NCBI GenBank assembly: GCA_041393395.1
Contig: JAWKKG010000002.1
Coordinates: forward strand, 14,151 to 78,150
Origin: a bacterium
GTDB lineage: Bacteria > ARS69
Direction: 5' to 3'
DNA: 64,000 nt
Below the pieces are notes generated by a model. It had not been told where the DNA came from and did no database searches. It saw nothing but the letters and a program-made list of their open reading frames with translations. The position numbers and the translations under genes were made by a program. Below, piece after piece: positions 1 through 9,683 of the stretch. Positions within the stretch are counted from its first letter, which is position 1. Every line of letters begins with the position of its first letter.

Positions 1-3
1 CTG

Positions 4-540
4 GTGGAGGCGCTGACCGGACTCCTGTTCGCGGGGACGGCGATGCTCGTCACGGATCCGCTCGCGCTCGGGTTCGCGCTCGCGTTCGTGGCCGCGATGG
101 TCGTGGTCACGTTCATCGACCTCGACCACATGATCATCCCGGACGTGATCACGTTGCCCGGAACGTTGATCGCGCTCGGCGCGGCGTTCCTCGGCGCCGG
201 CGTGGAGCCGAAGCAGGCGCTGCTCGGCGTGCTCGTGGGCGGCGGCGGTCTGTTCGCCGTGGCGGCGGGCTATCGCGCGGCCACCGGACGCGACGGGCTC
301 GGCGGCGGCGACGTAAAGCTGCTCAGTCTCGTGGGCGCCTTCCTCGGGCCGGTCGGCGCGTTCCTCACGATCATGGTGGGCTCGATCGCGGGGACGCTCT
401 ACGCGAGCGTGTTCCTGCTGCGTCGCGGCGCCGGTCGCACGGCGGAGCTCCCGTTCGGGACGTTCCTGGCCCCCGGTGCCGTTCTCGTCTACTTCTTCGG
501 CGCGCAGATCGTCAGGGCCTATCTCGGCCTCTTCCCGTGA
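4..540 (+). CDS. pilD: Type IV prepilin peptidase (A24 family), C-terminal ~178 aa; 5' end lies outside the window
   Basis: Polytopic membrane protein carrying the characteristic 'FIDLDHMIIPD' aspartyl-peptidase motif. ORF is open to the window edge. Sits directly upstream of the pilS/pilR-like pair and pilMNOPQ. Confidence 0.75.
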   Translation: MEALTGLLFAGTAMLVTDPLALGFALAFVAAMVVVTFIDLDHMIIPDVITLPGTLIALGAAFLGAGVEPKQALLGVLVGGGGLFAVAAGYRAATGRDGLGGGDVKLLSLVGAFLGPVGAFLTIMVGSIAGTLYASVFLLRRGAGRTAELPFGTFLAPGAVLVYFFGAQIVRAYLGLFP

Positions 541-2423
541 TGCGGACCAAGACGCCGATCACCACTCCGGCGCCCGACCTCCGCCGCGCGCACTCGCCGC
601 GGACGGAGCCCGCGCGCCCGGGACCGGGGCCGGCGGATCCGCCGCGATCCGCGTGGCTTCCCGTGTTCGGCGTGGCAGCGCTGTTCGCGCTCGTGCTGCT
701 CTCGCTGCATCTCGCAGTGCGGCTCAAGGAGTCCCTCGGTCACGAGCTGGCCGACCGCCTGCGCGCCGCGTCCGGCCTGTCGGCCGAGGTGGTGGCCGAG
801 GCAGGCTCGCGCCCGGTACGCCCCGGCGACCCCACGACGTTGCAGCGCCTCGAGGAGATCCGCCGCGCCACCGCGGTGACCGACATCGTGCTCTACGACG
901 GCGAAGGCGGCCTCGTGGGCGGAGTCTACGAGGGTGAGCTCAATCCGGCCGTCCCTCCGCGCGTGCGCATCGCGGCCGGCGCCACCGGCGACGCCGCCAT
1001 GCGCGAGCCCGAACGCGACGCCGCGGGCGGCCTGGTCGTGGTGCTCCCGATGGCGTCCGGAGGCTCGATCGGCGCCGTGCTCGTCCGCCTCGACGCGTCG
1101 CGCGATCGCGGCCTCGCGGCGGCGGAGTTCCTGCTGACGCTCGCGAAGATCCTCGGCGGCACCGTGGCCGCCGCCGGCGTGCTCATTCTCCTGCGGTGGT
1201 CCTCGCGCTCGACCGCGGATTCGCGCGGCGCCCCGGCCAGCACCTCCGACGTGGATCTCGTGCTCGGCACCATGAAAGAAGTGATGAGCACGCTCAAGGA
1301 CAGCGAGTCCGAGTACCGCGACCGCATGACGGCCGCCGTGCAGGACGCCGCCTGGATCCGGCGCACGAACGACCTCATCCTCGAGTCGATCGGGAGCGGG
1401 CTCGTGGCGTTCGATCACGACGGCCGCATCACGATGTTCAACCCGGCGGCCGAGGAGATCTTCGCCACGCCGCGCGGCCGCGCGATCGGGCGCGCCGTGG
1501 ACTCGGTGTTCCCGGAGGGCACGCCGATGGCGTCGCTCGCGCGGGATCTGCTGGATCGCGAGCGCGCGCGCCGGCGGGTGGAGCTCTCGATGCCGGGCGG
1601 CGACGGCGAGCCGCGCTGGCTCGGCATCTCGAGCTCCGTCCTGCGCAACGCGCGGGGTCAGGCGGCCGGTGGCCTGCTGCTCGTCGCCGATCTCACGGAA
1701 ACACGCCGCCTGCGCGACGCGGCGGAGCTGAAGGATCGCCTGTCCGCGATCGGGGAGATGTCCGCGGGGATCGCCCACGAGATCAAGAACGCGCTCCACT
1801 CGCTGCTCGGCTACGCGAACTTGCTGCGCGACGACCACGCCGGGAAGGAACCGCCGCTCGCGGTCGCGGGGATCCTCGAGGAGGTCGGTTCGATCGAGGC
1901 GCTCGTGAAGGGCGTCCTCGAGTTCGGCAAGCCGGCGCAGCTCGCGAAGGAAACGGTCGACCTCGCCGTGTTGCTGCGCCAGGTGGCCGAAGCGGTGCGG
2001 GGCCCGGCCGAGGAGGCCGGCGTGTCGGTGGCCCTGGAGATCGACGAGGTCCCCGCGATCACCGCCGACGCCGAGGCATTGCGTCGCGCATTCCTGAACC
2101 TCGCCCTGAACGCCGTGCAGGCGATGGAGGTCGAGGGCGGATCCCTCACGCTCGCCGCACGTTCGGCCGACTCCACGGAGGAAGGCGACGATCTCGGCGG
2201 GAGTGTCCGCGTCTCCGTCCGCGATACGGGCCCCGGGATTCCCGAGGGCGAGCGGCGCAAGGTCTTCACGCCGTTCTGGACGACGAAGCGCGACGGTCAC
2301 GGCCTCGGACTGGCGCTCGTGCACAAGACGGTCACCGATCACGGGGGCCGGATCCAGCTGCACAGCCGCGCGGGGGTCGGCACCGAGTTCGTGGTGACCC
2401 TGCCGGCGGGAGAGCTCGCATGA
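537..2423 (+). CDS. Two-component sensor histidine kinase, PilS/NtrB-like, partner of the downstream sigma-54 regulator. Domains: 2 TM segments flanking a ~150-aa periplasmic domain, PAS, HisKA, HATPase_c
   Basis: H-box 'EMSAGIAHEIKNALHSLLGYANLL'. N/G boxes 'DTGPGIPEGERRKVFTPFWTTK...GLGLALV'. PAS-like segment (NDLILESIGSGLVAFDHDGRITMFNPAAEEIF). Stop overlaps the regulator start (ATGA). Confidence 0.85.
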   Translation: MMRTKTPITTPAPDLRRAHSPRTEPARPGPGPADPPRSAWLPVFGVAALFALVLLSLHLAVRLKESLGHELADRLRAASGLSAEVVAEAGSRPVRPGDPTTLQRLEEIRRATAVTDIVLYDGEGGLVGGVYEGELNPAVPPRVRIAAGATGDAAMREPERDAAGGLVVVLPMASGGSIGAVLVRLDASRDRGLAAAEFLLTLAKILGGTVAAAGVLILLRWSSRSTADSRGAPASTSDVDLVLGTMKEVMSTLKDSESEYRDRMTAAVQDAAWIRRTNDLILESIGSGLVAFDHDGRITMFNPAAEEIFATPRGRAIGRAVDSVFPEGTPMASLARDLLDRERARRRVELSMPGGDGEPRWLGISSSVLRNARGQAAGGLLLVADLTETRRLRDAAELKDRLSAIGEMSAGIAHEIKNALHSLLGYANLLRDDHAGKEPPLAVAGILEEVGSIEALVKGVLEFGKPAQLAKETVDLAVLLRQVAEAVRGPAEEAGVSVALEIDEVPAITADAEALRRAFLNLALNAVQAMEVEGGSLTLAARSADSTEEGDDLGGSVRVSVRDTGPGIPEGERRKVFTPFWTTKRDGHGLGLALVHKTVTDHGGRIQLHSRAGVGTEFVVTLPAGELA

Positions 2424-3820
2424 GCCGCATCGTTCTCGTGGAGGACCGGGCGAGCACCCGGAAGATGGTCGCGGAGACGCTGAAGCGTCGCGGCTTCGAC
2501 GTGGTCTCGGCGGGGACGGTTGCCGCCGGCAAGGACCTCCTGCGCGAGGAGACGCCGGCCGACTTCCTGCTCACGGATCTCCAGCTTCCCGACGGCTCCG
2601 GCCTCGATCTCCTGGACTTCGCGCTCGAGCGCGACGCGTTGCTCCCCGTGATCGTGATGTCCGCGTTCGGGACGATCGAGATCGCGCTGGAGGCGGTCAA
2701 GCGCGGCGCCTACGACTTCGTTCCGAAGCCGTTCGACACGAATCGACTCGTGGAGCTGGTCTCGCTCGCCGTGACGCGACGTTCCCGGGCCGCGGACGCC
2801 TCCGCGGAGTGGAAGATCGACAGCGAGACGGCGAGCGGGATCGTGGGCACGAGCGAGGCGACGGAGGCGGCAGTCCGCAAGGCGCGCCGCGTTGCGCCCT
2901 CGGATGCCACGGTGCTGCTGCTCGGGGAGAGCGGCACGGGCAAGGAGCTGTACGCGCGCGCGATCCACGAGTGGAGCGGGCGCAAGGACGGCTCGCTCGT
3001 GGTGGTGAACTGCGCGGCGATTCCCGGCGAGCTGATGGAGGCGGAGTTCTTCGGCTCGGAGCGGGGTGCCTTCACCGGAGCGGTGGCGCGCAAGCTCGGC
3101 AAGGTCGAAGTCGCCTCCGGCGGCACGCTGTTCCTGGACGAGATCGGGGAACTGCCCTCCGGCCTGCAGGCAAAGCTCCTGCGCGTGCTGCAGGAGCGGA
3201 CGTTCATGCGCGTGGGTGGCACGGAAGAAGTCCGCGCCGACATCCGCGTGATCGCGGCCACGAACCGGGACCTCCGCCGTCAGGTGGAGGAGGGACGCTT
3301 CCGCGACGACCTGTACTACCGGCTCGCGGTGTTCCCCATCCGCATTCCCTCGCTCGGCGAGCGGCGCGAGGACATCCCGCTGCTCGCGCGTCGTTTCGTG
3401 CAGGAGGAGGCGGCGAAACAGGGACGGGCGCTGACCCTGACGGCGGATGCGGAGGCGCGTCTCGGCGAGGCGGCGTGGCCCGGGAACGTGCGCCAGCTCC
3501 GCAACGTCGTGGAGCGCGCCGTGATCCTCGCGGACGCCGACGAGATCGACGCGAGCTGCTTCGACGATCTGGAGCCGGCGGAACCGGCGCCCGCGGGCGT
3601 GGGCGACGAGCCCCGCGCGGCGAAGTCCGGTGAGGACGGCCGAACGCTTCTCGAGATCGGCCGCGACGCGCAGCGACGCGCGGAGTCGCGCGCGATTCTC
3701 GAGGCGCTCGAGGCGACGGGCGGCAATCGCACCGAGGCCGCACGTCGACTCGGCATCTCCTACAAGACGCTGTGGGCGAAGTGCAAGGAGTACGAACTGG
3801 GGGAGGAGGCGAAGGGATGA
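2420..3820 (+). CDS. Sigma-54-dependent Fis-family response regulator (REC, AAA+ sigma-54 activator, HTH); PilR/NtrC-like
   Basis: REC 'IVLVEDRASTRKMVAETLKRRGFDV...FLLTDLQLPDGSGLDLL'. Walker A 'GESGTGKELYARAIH'. Sigma-54 contact motif 'GAFTGA'. C-terminal Fis-type HTH 'GNRTEAARRLGISYKTLW'. The ORF-track entry 1196..3820 is an artefactual upstream extension; the ATG at 2420 overlaps the kinase stop. Confidence 0.9.
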   Translation: MSRIVLVEDRASTRKMVAETLKRRGFDVVSAGTVAAGKDLLREETPADFLLTDLQLPDGSGLDLLDFALERDALLPVIVMSAFGTIEIALEAVKRGAYDFVPKPFDTNRLVELVSLAVTRRSRAADASAEWKIDSETASGIVGTSEATEAAVRKARRVAPSDATVLLLGESGTGKELYARAIHEWSGRKDGSLVVVNCAAIPGELMEAEFFGSERGAFTGAVARKLGKVEVASGGTLFLDEIGELPSGLQAKLLRVLQERTFMRVGGTEEVRADIRVIAATNRDLRRQVEEGRFRDDLYYRLAVFPIRIPSLGERREDIPLLARRFVQEEAAKQGRALTLTADAEARLGEAAWPGNVRQLRNVVERAVILADADEIDASCFDDLEPAEPAPAGVGDEPRAAKSGEDGRTLLEIGRDAQRRAESRAILEALEATGGNRTEAARRLGISYKTLWAKCKEYELGEEAKG

Positions 3821-5322
3821 AGCAACCGAGACTCGACATCATGACGTTCCTGCTCCTCGCGGGAACGTCCGTCGCCGGGGCCCAGGCGATCTCGGACGTG
3901 CCGGTGCCGGTGGCGGCGAAGGCACGGACGGACTGGGTGCTGGACCACCTCGAGGCGCCCGAGGAGATCGCGCTCGGCACGATCGCGGTCAACGTGTGGG
4001 CGCGGATGCTCCCGCGCGGGCTCGCGGCCCCGCTCGTGTCCGCGACGCTCGTGCTCGAGGACGGCGACCCACCGCAACGTATCCCGATGCGACGCGTGGA
4101 GGAGGGTGCCACGCAGTTCGTCGCCACGCTCGACACGTACGCCTGGGTCGAGGACGCGGCGCACTCGTTCTCGGTGGTCGTGACGGCGGAGGACGGTGAG
4201 GCCAAGGTGGGCCGCGGGACGATCCGCGCGAAGCCGCGCATCGACGCCCGGGACCTGCTCGTGCTCGACGCGAACGGGTTCGCGCACACGTGGATCGGGA
4301 GCGGCGCCGGCGGCTTCACCCCCTCGGGCGAGGTCGACGCCGGCCTCGCGAGCGCGTGCCCGTGGATCGGCGACGTCGATGGGGATGGCCGCCCCGACGC
4401 GCTCGTCCCCACCCGGACCGGTGTCCTGCAAGTCCTGCACAACCGGGGCAACGGAACGCTGAATCTGTCCGCGTCGCACCGGTTCGGCCGCGCGGTGGAG
4501 GCCGCGATCGGTGACGTGGACGGCGACGGCAAGCCCGATCTCGTGACGGTCTCCGCGGATCGCTCGCTCGAGATCCGCGCGCCGTTCGACGCGGAACCGA
4601 TCTTCCAGTCGCTGACGCTCGCGCCGGAACGCCTCGCGCTCGTGGATCTCGACGGCGACGGCGCGGACGAGATCGCGATCGGCTTGCTGGGTTTTGCGGA
4701 TTCCGACGTGGAGATCTGGAGCCGCGAAGACGGTGCGGAACGTCGCTTCGGGGCACGAAAGCGCCTGCCTCCGCCCGGAAACGCGCGCGGAAGGCTGGTC
4801 GCGCTTCGCGGGATCCCGGGCGAGAACGGGGCTCCGGGCCGTCTCGTGGTGGCCGCCGAGCTCGACGGGGAAGGAACGCTTGAGTCCTGGGGAGGCGCTG
4901 CCGATACGGAATCCGGAATGTCCTTCCGGGCGGTCCGGCTGCCCGGGGAGCCGATCGGGGTTCTCCCTGGTCGATTCTCGTCGGCGAAAGATGGGCTCGC
5001 GTCGCTCGTGCTCGTCGCCGATGGGAGAAGGGTGGCGTTGATCGAGGTCCGCGAAACCGGGGAAGTGCTCCGGCGCGGAACTCTCGAGAAAGCGCCGGAA
5101 GTTCTCGGAGCGATCGATCTCGATGGCGACGGGGACGACGACCTGGTGACGGGTGGGGAGGACCTGAGGCTCTGGATCAACGTCCGGGGCGATCAGTTCC
5201 GGGAGGCAGGGGAATCGCCCTACCTCACGGACGCGCCGATCGTGGCGATCGCTTCCGGGAGTCTCGACGAACGGCAACAGCCCGAGCCGGCTCGGAATCG
5301 GCCGCGAGCGACGAAGGAGTAG
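3817..5322 (+). CDS. Secreted FG-GAP / calcium-binding beta-propeller repeat protein (501 aa), embedded in the pilus locus
   Basis: Signal peptide 'MKQPRLDIMTFLLLAGTSVAGAQA'. Four or more Ca-binding-like loops: 'DVDGDGRPDALV', 'GDVDGDGKPDLVTV', 'DLDGDGADEIAIG', 'IDLDGDGDDDLVTGG'. ATG overlaps the regulator stop (ATGA). Ends 6 nt before pilM. Confidence 0.6.
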   Translation: MKQPRLDIMTFLLLAGTSVAGAQAISDVPVPVAAKARTDWVLDHLEAPEEIALGTIAVNVWARMLPRGLAAPLVSATLVLEDGDPPQRIPMRRVEEGATQFVATLDTYAWVEDAAHSFSVVVTAEDGEAKVGRGTIRAKPRIDARDLLVLDANGFAHTWIGSGAGGFTPSGEVDAGLASACPWIGDVDGDGRPDALVPTRTGVLQVLHNRGNGTLNLSASHRFGRAVEAAIGDVDGDGKPDLVTVSADRSLEIRAPFDAEPIFQSLTLAPERLALVDLDGDGADEIAIGLLGFADSDVEIWSREDGAERRFGARKRLPPPGNARGRLVALRGIPGENGAPGRLVVAAELDGEGTLESWGGAADTESGMSFRAVRLPGEPIGVLPGRFSSAKDGLASLVLVADGRRVALIEVRETGEVLRRGTLEKAPEVLGAIDLDGDGDDDLVTGGEDLRLWINVRGDQFREAGESPYLTDAPIVAIASGSLDERQQPEPARNRPRATKE

Positions 5323-5328
5323 GACAGC

Positions 5329-6381
5329 ATGTTCAAATTCGGTCGGGGATCGAAAAGAGTGGTCGGCCTCGACATCGGGTCGAGCTCGGTCAAGGTCGTC
5401 GAGTTCGATCACTCGGGGGAACGGCCCGTCCTGGTCAAGTTCGGTCGCTGCGGTCTGCTTCCGGAAGCCATCGTGGACGGCGAGATCATGGACCGCGACG
5501 TGGTGGTGGATACCATCGCGGAGCTCATGGAAGTGAATGGCATCGCTTCCAAGGAAGTGGTGACCGCGGTCAGCGGTCGCGCCGTCATCGTGAAGAAGAT
5601 CCAGATGACCTCGATGACGGACGAGGAGGCGCGCGAGGCGATCCGCTGGGAAGCCGAGCAGCACATCCCGTTCGACATCGACGACGTGTCGCTGGACTTC
5701 CAGATCCTGAACCGCGACGCGGACCCGGAGAAGATGGACGTGCTCCTGGTCGCCGCGAAGAAGGAGATGCTGGAGGCCCGGGCGGACCTGATTCGCGCGG
5801 CCGGCCTCACCCCGGCCATCATCGACATCGACTCGTTCGCGGTCCAGAACGCGTTCGAGCACAACTACGAGATGCCCGAGGGCGCCGTGACGCTGCTGCT
5901 GAACGTGGGCTGCTTCGTCACGAACGTGAACATCGTGAAGGACGGCGTGCCGTACTTCACCCGCGACCTCTCGTTCGCGGGCAACGCGATCCTCGAGGCG
6001 GTGCAGAAGGACCTCGGCGTGGACTACGACGAGGCCAACGAGATTCTCGAATCGCCGGACGACGATCGCCGCGACGACCTGACCTCCATCGTGGGGCTGG
6101 TCGGCGAGGAGCTCGCGGTCGGCATCGAGAAGTCCCTGTCGTACCTGCGGGCGGCGGGCGAGGCGGACCGGATCGATCGGATCGTCCTCTCCGGCGGCAG
6201 CTCGTACGCGCCGGGACTACGCGAGTCGATCGAGAAGCGGCAGGGGTCGCCGGTCGAGATCGCGAATCCGTTCAAGAACGTGAGCTACGACGACGCGGCC
6301 TTCGGCGACAGCGATCCGGAGAATCTCGGACCGCAGTACATGGTGGCGGCGGGTCTGGCTCTGCGCGCGGGAGGTCAGTGA
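5329..6381 (+). CDS. pilM: Type IV pilus assembly ATPase-like (actin-fold) protein PilM
   Basis: 'VGLDIGSSSVKVVEF...' N-terminus and full-length similarity to PilM, followed by pilNOPQ. Confidence 0.9.
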   Translation: MFKFGRGSKRVVGLDIGSSSVKVVEFDHSGERPVLVKFGRCGLLPEAIVDGEIMDRDVVVDTIAELMEVNGIASKEVVTAVSGRAVIVKKIQMTSMTDEEAREAIRWEAEQHIPFDIDDVSLDFQILNRDADPEKMDVLLVAAKKEMLEARADLIRAAGLTPAIIDIDSFAVQNAFEHNYEMPEGAVTLLLNVGCFVTNVNIVKDGVPYFTRDLSFAGNAILEAVQKDLGVDYDEANEILESPDDDRRDDLTSIVGLVGEELAVGIEKSLSYLRAAGEADRIDRIVLSGGSSYAPGLRESIEKRQGSPVEIANPFKNVSYDDAAFGDSDPENLGPQYMVAAGLALRAGGQ

Positions 6382-6382
6382 C

Positions 6383-6970
6383 ATGATTCGCATCAACCTT
6401 CTGCCGCAGGACGCGCGGAAGTCCCGCCGCGGAGGCGGCGGAGGCTTCACGCTCGACAAGACCAAGGTCGTACCGCTCGTGGTGCTCGCCCTGGTCCTGA
6501 CGGCCTGCACGTCGACCCTGATGATCCAGGGTGCCCGCGTCTCCTCGGCGGAGCGTGAGGTGGCGGCGGCGCGGGCGGAGACCGAGCAGTACAAGAAGAC
6601 CATCGCCCTGATCGACGACATGGTCCGCAAGGAGCAGGAGCTGAACCGTCGGCTCGCGCTCGTGGACACGCTCGACAAGGACCGTTTCAAGACGGTCCGG
6701 GTGATGGACGAAGTGGCGCGGCGGGTGCCGCGGTACATGTGGCTGACCTCGCTCAAGAACGTCACGCCGGATCGGGTCGCGATCGACGGCTACGCGTTCT
6801 CGAACCTGGTCGTCTCCGATCTGATGTCGAGTCTGGAGAAGTCGGAGATGTTCCGGGAAGTCGAATTGAGCGGGGTGAGGCGGAAGGTCGTCGACGGCCA
6901 GAACGCGGTGAATTTCACCGTGACCTCGGGCGTCGATGTCGCCCGCCTCGAACGTGAGAGCGAGTCCTAG
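6383..6970 (+). CDS. pilN: Type IV pilus inner-membrane protein PilN
   Basis: Canonical 'MIRINLLPQ' N-terminus, single TM helix, coiled-coil periplasmic region. Starts 2 nt after the pilM stop. Confidence 0.85.
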   Translation: MIRINLLPQDARKSRRGGGGGFTLDKTKVVPLVVLALVLTACTSTLMIQGARVSSAEREVAAARAETEQYKKTIALIDDMVRKEQELNRRLALVDTLDKDRFKTVRVMDEVARRVPRYMWLTSLKNVTPDRVAIDGYAFSNLVVSDLMSSLEKSEMFREVELSGVRRKVVDGQNAVNFTVTSGVDVARLERESES

Positions 6971-6980
6971 GGAGGCCGGC

Positions 6981-7652
6981 ATGGGCAACATCGATTTCAA
7001 GGATCAGAACGTCCAGATCGCCGGTCTCGTGATCTTCGTGTCCCTGGTGATCGTGTACGTCTTCTTCTTCAGCGCCATGCTCCCGTTCGGGTTCAAGGCG
7101 CGCGGGGAGGAGATCGCGAGGCTGGAGACCGAGTACGAGAAGCTCTCGGCGGATCTCATGAAGGCGAAGCAGACGGCGAGCCGTCTGCCGCAGGTCAAGG
7201 CCGAGTACGAGGCCCTGGCCACGAAGTGGGAAGAGGCGAAGACGCTCCTCCCGACCGAGAAGGAGATGGCGGAACTGCTGTCCCAGGTCACGGTCGCGGG
7301 TCAGCGCTCGGGAGTCGACTTCCTGAACTTCGAGCCGAAGGCCCCGGTCGCGCGGGAGATCTATCTCGAGAACCCGATCGACGTGAAGGTGCAGGGTGGT
7401 TACCACGAGATCGGCCTGTTCCTGGGCCGCATGTCGAACCTCCCGCGCATCGTGAACGTCAAGTCGATCGATCTCAAGAACGTCACGAATCCCGACGACC
7501 CGGAGGCCCCGGATCTCGTGGAGGCGAGCATGAGCCTCGCCGCGTACGTGCTGTCCGACGCCGCTTCGCAGGCGCAGGGTGCCCCGGCCACTCCGGCCGG
7601 CAAGATTCCCCCCGCGCCCGCTCAGCCGAAGGGAGGTCGCGGTGGTCACTAA
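6981..7652 (+). CDS. pilO: Type IV pilus inner-membrane protein PilO
   Basis: Internal ATG of ORF 6936..7652. N-terminal TM (IAGLVIFVSLVIVYVFFF), coiled coil, periplasmic domain. Position between pilN and pilP. Confidence 0.7.
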   Translation: MGNIDFKDQNVQIAGLVIFVSLVIVYVFFFSAMLPFGFKARGEEIARLETEYEKLSADLMKAKQTASRLPQVKAEYEALATKWEEAKTLLPTEKEMAELLSQVTVAGQRSGVDFLNFEPKAPVAREIYLENPIDVKVQGGYHEIGLFLGRMSNLPRIVNVKSIDLKNVTNPDDPEAPDLVEASMSLAAYVLSDAASQAQGAPATPAGKIPPAPAQPKGGRGGH

Positions 7653-8250
7653 GGTGCGAGTTGTCGTCGCCCTGTCGGGCCTCGTGATGATCCTGGCCGG
7701 TTGTGGCGACGGCGGGGTCACCGGGTTCACCGGCGGTACGAGCTCCAAGGATAAGCAGCCGATCCCGCCCGCGGTCAACGCGGCGGCGGGAGTCGGGGTG
7801 GCGCACGCGGCGACGCCGGACGCCAGCCCGTCGATGGAAGGTCCGGCCGCCACGTCGAAGGCGCCCGAGACGATGGACGTGGACGACGTGGACTCGGAGT
7901 CCCCGATCCGTTCCCAGTCCATGCAGTACCGGGCCGACCGGATGCGGGATCCCTTCCTGTCGCTGATCGGCGACTCCGAGGGCTTCGGCGAACTGGTCGA
8001 TCTCTCGGTCGTGACCCTCGTGGGTGTGGTGCTGGGGGAGAAGCCGTTCGCGGTCGTCGAGAACGCCGAGGGCATCAGCTACGTTCTGCACGAGGGGGAT
8101 CGCGTGAAGAACGGGCGGGTGGTCGAGATCCGCGAAGAGGGGATCAAGTGCTCGCAAACGGTGCTGGGCTACACGACGACGGTCCAACTCAAGCTCGAGG
8201 AGCAGAAGAAGGTCGGGACGACCGGAAAGGGCGGAAAGAATGTCGGTTGA
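7642..8250 (+). CDS. pilP: Type IV pilus lipoprotein PilP
   Basis: GTG start gives a lipoprotein signal 'VVTKVRVVVALSGLVMILAGC' (lipobox LAGC). C-terminal PilP-like beta domain. Overlaps the pilO end by 11 nt and the pilQ start by 11 nt. Start codon choice is uncertain. Confidence 0.6.
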   Translation: MVTKVRVVVALSGLVMILAGCGDGGVTGFTGGTSSKDKQPIPPAVNAAAGVGVAHAATPDASPSMEGPAATSKAPETMDVDDVDSESPIRSQSMQYRADRMRDPFLSLIGDSEGFGELVDLSVVTLVGVVLGEKPFAVVENAEGISYVLHEGDRVKNGRVVEIREEGIKCSQTVLGYTTTVQLKLEEQKKVGTTGKGGKNVG

Positions 8251-9520
8251 TCTGATTCCCCGGAAGGGGCTGGCGCTTGGGCTGGCGATGTTCGCGCTCA
8301 CGGCGCTCGCCGGGTCGGCGCAGGCCGCCCGGCCGGAAATCGATACGGCCGGCATGGCCGCCATCGACATCGACGTGCAGGGCGCGACGGTGTCCTCGGT
8401 CCTCCGGATGTTCTCGGAGTTCTCGGGGCGCAACATCATCGCGGGGCCGGAAGTCAGCGGCAAGATCACGGCGAAGCTGGACGGCGTGCCGTGGCTCGTG
8501 GCGCTCGACAACGTGCTCCGCGCGCACGGTTTCGCGTGGGAAGAGACGGCGGACGGCGACATCATCCGCGTGACGACGTCCGAGAAGCTCTCGAACGAGC
8601 GTCTGAACGAGGAAGTCGTCGAGCGACGTCGTGAGGAGTTCCTCCCGCTCGAGACCGAGATCATCAAGGTCTCCTACGCCTCGGCGGAGGAGATGCAGGA
8701 ACCGCTCGAGATCCTGCTGTCCACGCGTGGCAAGATCGAGACCGACGAGCGCACGAACGCGCTCATCGTCACGGACATCGGCACTCGTCTCGGCCGCGTG
8801 CGCGAGATGGCGAAGATCCTCGACTTCAAGACGGCTCAGGTCGAGATCAACGCCGAGCTCGTGGACGTCGACACCCGCGCGATCCGGGACCTCGGCATCT
8901 CGTGGGACGTCACCGGCCTGAACCAGGGCGACGCCAGCGGCAGCGGCAGCGTGGACGCTACCGTGCCGGGAGTCGGCGTGGTGAACTTCAACCTCACCGG
9001 CACCGACGCGGACTTCACGTCGCAGCTCCAGGCGCTGGCCCGGGACGACAAGGCGAAGATCATCTCGAACCCGCGGATCACGACGGCCGACAACAAGGAA
9101 GCGAAGATCATCGTCGGCAAGAAGATCCCGCTGGTGGTCTCGGACGAGTCCGGCAACGCGGTGACCGAGCTCACGACCGTGGGCATCAAGCTCACCGTGG
9201 TGCCGCACATCAACCAGGACGACCGGATCACGCTCGACATGCACCCCGAGGTCTCCGACCTCTCGGCGCAGGCGACGGTCCAGGGCGGCATCATCATCGT
9301 GACGTCGGAAGCGCAGACGCGCGTGATCGTCGAGAACGGCCAGACGGCGGTGATCGGCGGTCTGATCCGCACGAACGAGTCGTCCGTGGATCAGGGCGTT
9401 CCGTACCTGAAGGACATCCCGCTGCTGGGCTACCTCTTCAAGAGCAACAACAAGGTCAAGGAAGAGCGTGAGCTGATGATCTTCGTGACGCCGAAGATCA
9501 TCCGGCCCGAGGACGTCTAG
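8240..9520 (+). CDS. pilQ: Type IV pilus secretin PilQ (short form, 426 aa)
   Basis: Signal peptide, N0/secretin domains, conserved C-terminal secretin motif 'VPYLKDIPLLGYLFKSNNKVKEERELMIFVTPKII'. No N-terminal AMIN repeats are visible. Confidence 0.9.
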   Translation: MSVDLIPRKGLALGLAMFALTALAGSAQAARPEIDTAGMAAIDIDVQGATVSSVLRMFSEFSGRNIIAGPEVSGKITAKLDGVPWLVALDNVLRAHGFAWEETADGDIIRVTTSEKLSNERLNEEVVERRREEFLPLETEIIKVSYASAEEMQEPLEILLSTRGKIETDERTNALIVTDIGTRLGRVREMAKILDFKTAQVEINAELVDVDTRAIRDLGISWDVTGLNQGDASGSGSVDATVPGVGVVNFNLTGTDADFTSQLQALARDDKAKIISNPRITTADNKEAKIIVGKKIPLVVSDESGNAVTELTTVGIKLTVVPHINQDDRITLDMHPEVSDLSAQATVQGGIIIVTSEAQTRVIVENGQTAVIGGLIRTNESSVDQGVPYLKDIPLLGYLFKSNNKVKEERELMIFVTPKIIRPEDV

Positions 9521-9550
9521 AAGGAATCGAATCGAGCCCGAGGCTCGAGC

Positions 9551-9588
9551 GGGGCCGGGAGCCAGGCGCTCCCGGCCCCGTTTCCATT
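9551..9588 (+). terminator. Rho-independent terminator after pilQ
   Basis: Perfect GC hairpin ggggccgggagc-cagg-cgctcccggcccc followed by gtttcc. Confidence 0.5.
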
Positions 9589-9683
9589 CACGCGGCCGAC
9601 GGCGGAGTCCGGGAGCTTCTCGTCGGTGTCTTGGCGAAGTCCGACCGACCCGGTTATCCTGTTCGCCTCGGAGGACCGTCGTC

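Noticed and set aside
2396-2424. Possible single-base coordinate discrepancy between the printed sequence and ORF-track coordinates near the kinase/regulator junction
   Set aside because: By my count the printed text shows 'gacccctgcc', whereas both ORF translations imply 'gaccctgcc'. This may be my miscount. Coordinates re-synchronise by 3820 (regulator stop). I followed the ORF-track coordinates throughout, so feature ends elsewhere may be off by ±1 where I located start codons by eye.
1196-3820. 874-aa ORF in the ORF track
   Set aside because: The first ~408 codons are an Arg/Gly-rich out-of-frame read-through of the histidine-kinase gene. The real gene starts at the ATG (2420) that overlaps the kinase stop.
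519-5862. Long minus-strand ORFs (519..2363, 3204..5180, 3760..5862) antisense to the kinase, regulator and FG-GAP genes
   Set aside because: Arg/His/Pro-rich low-complexity translations typical of stop-poor antisense frames in 70%-GC DNA. No domain signatures. They overlap well-supported sense genes.
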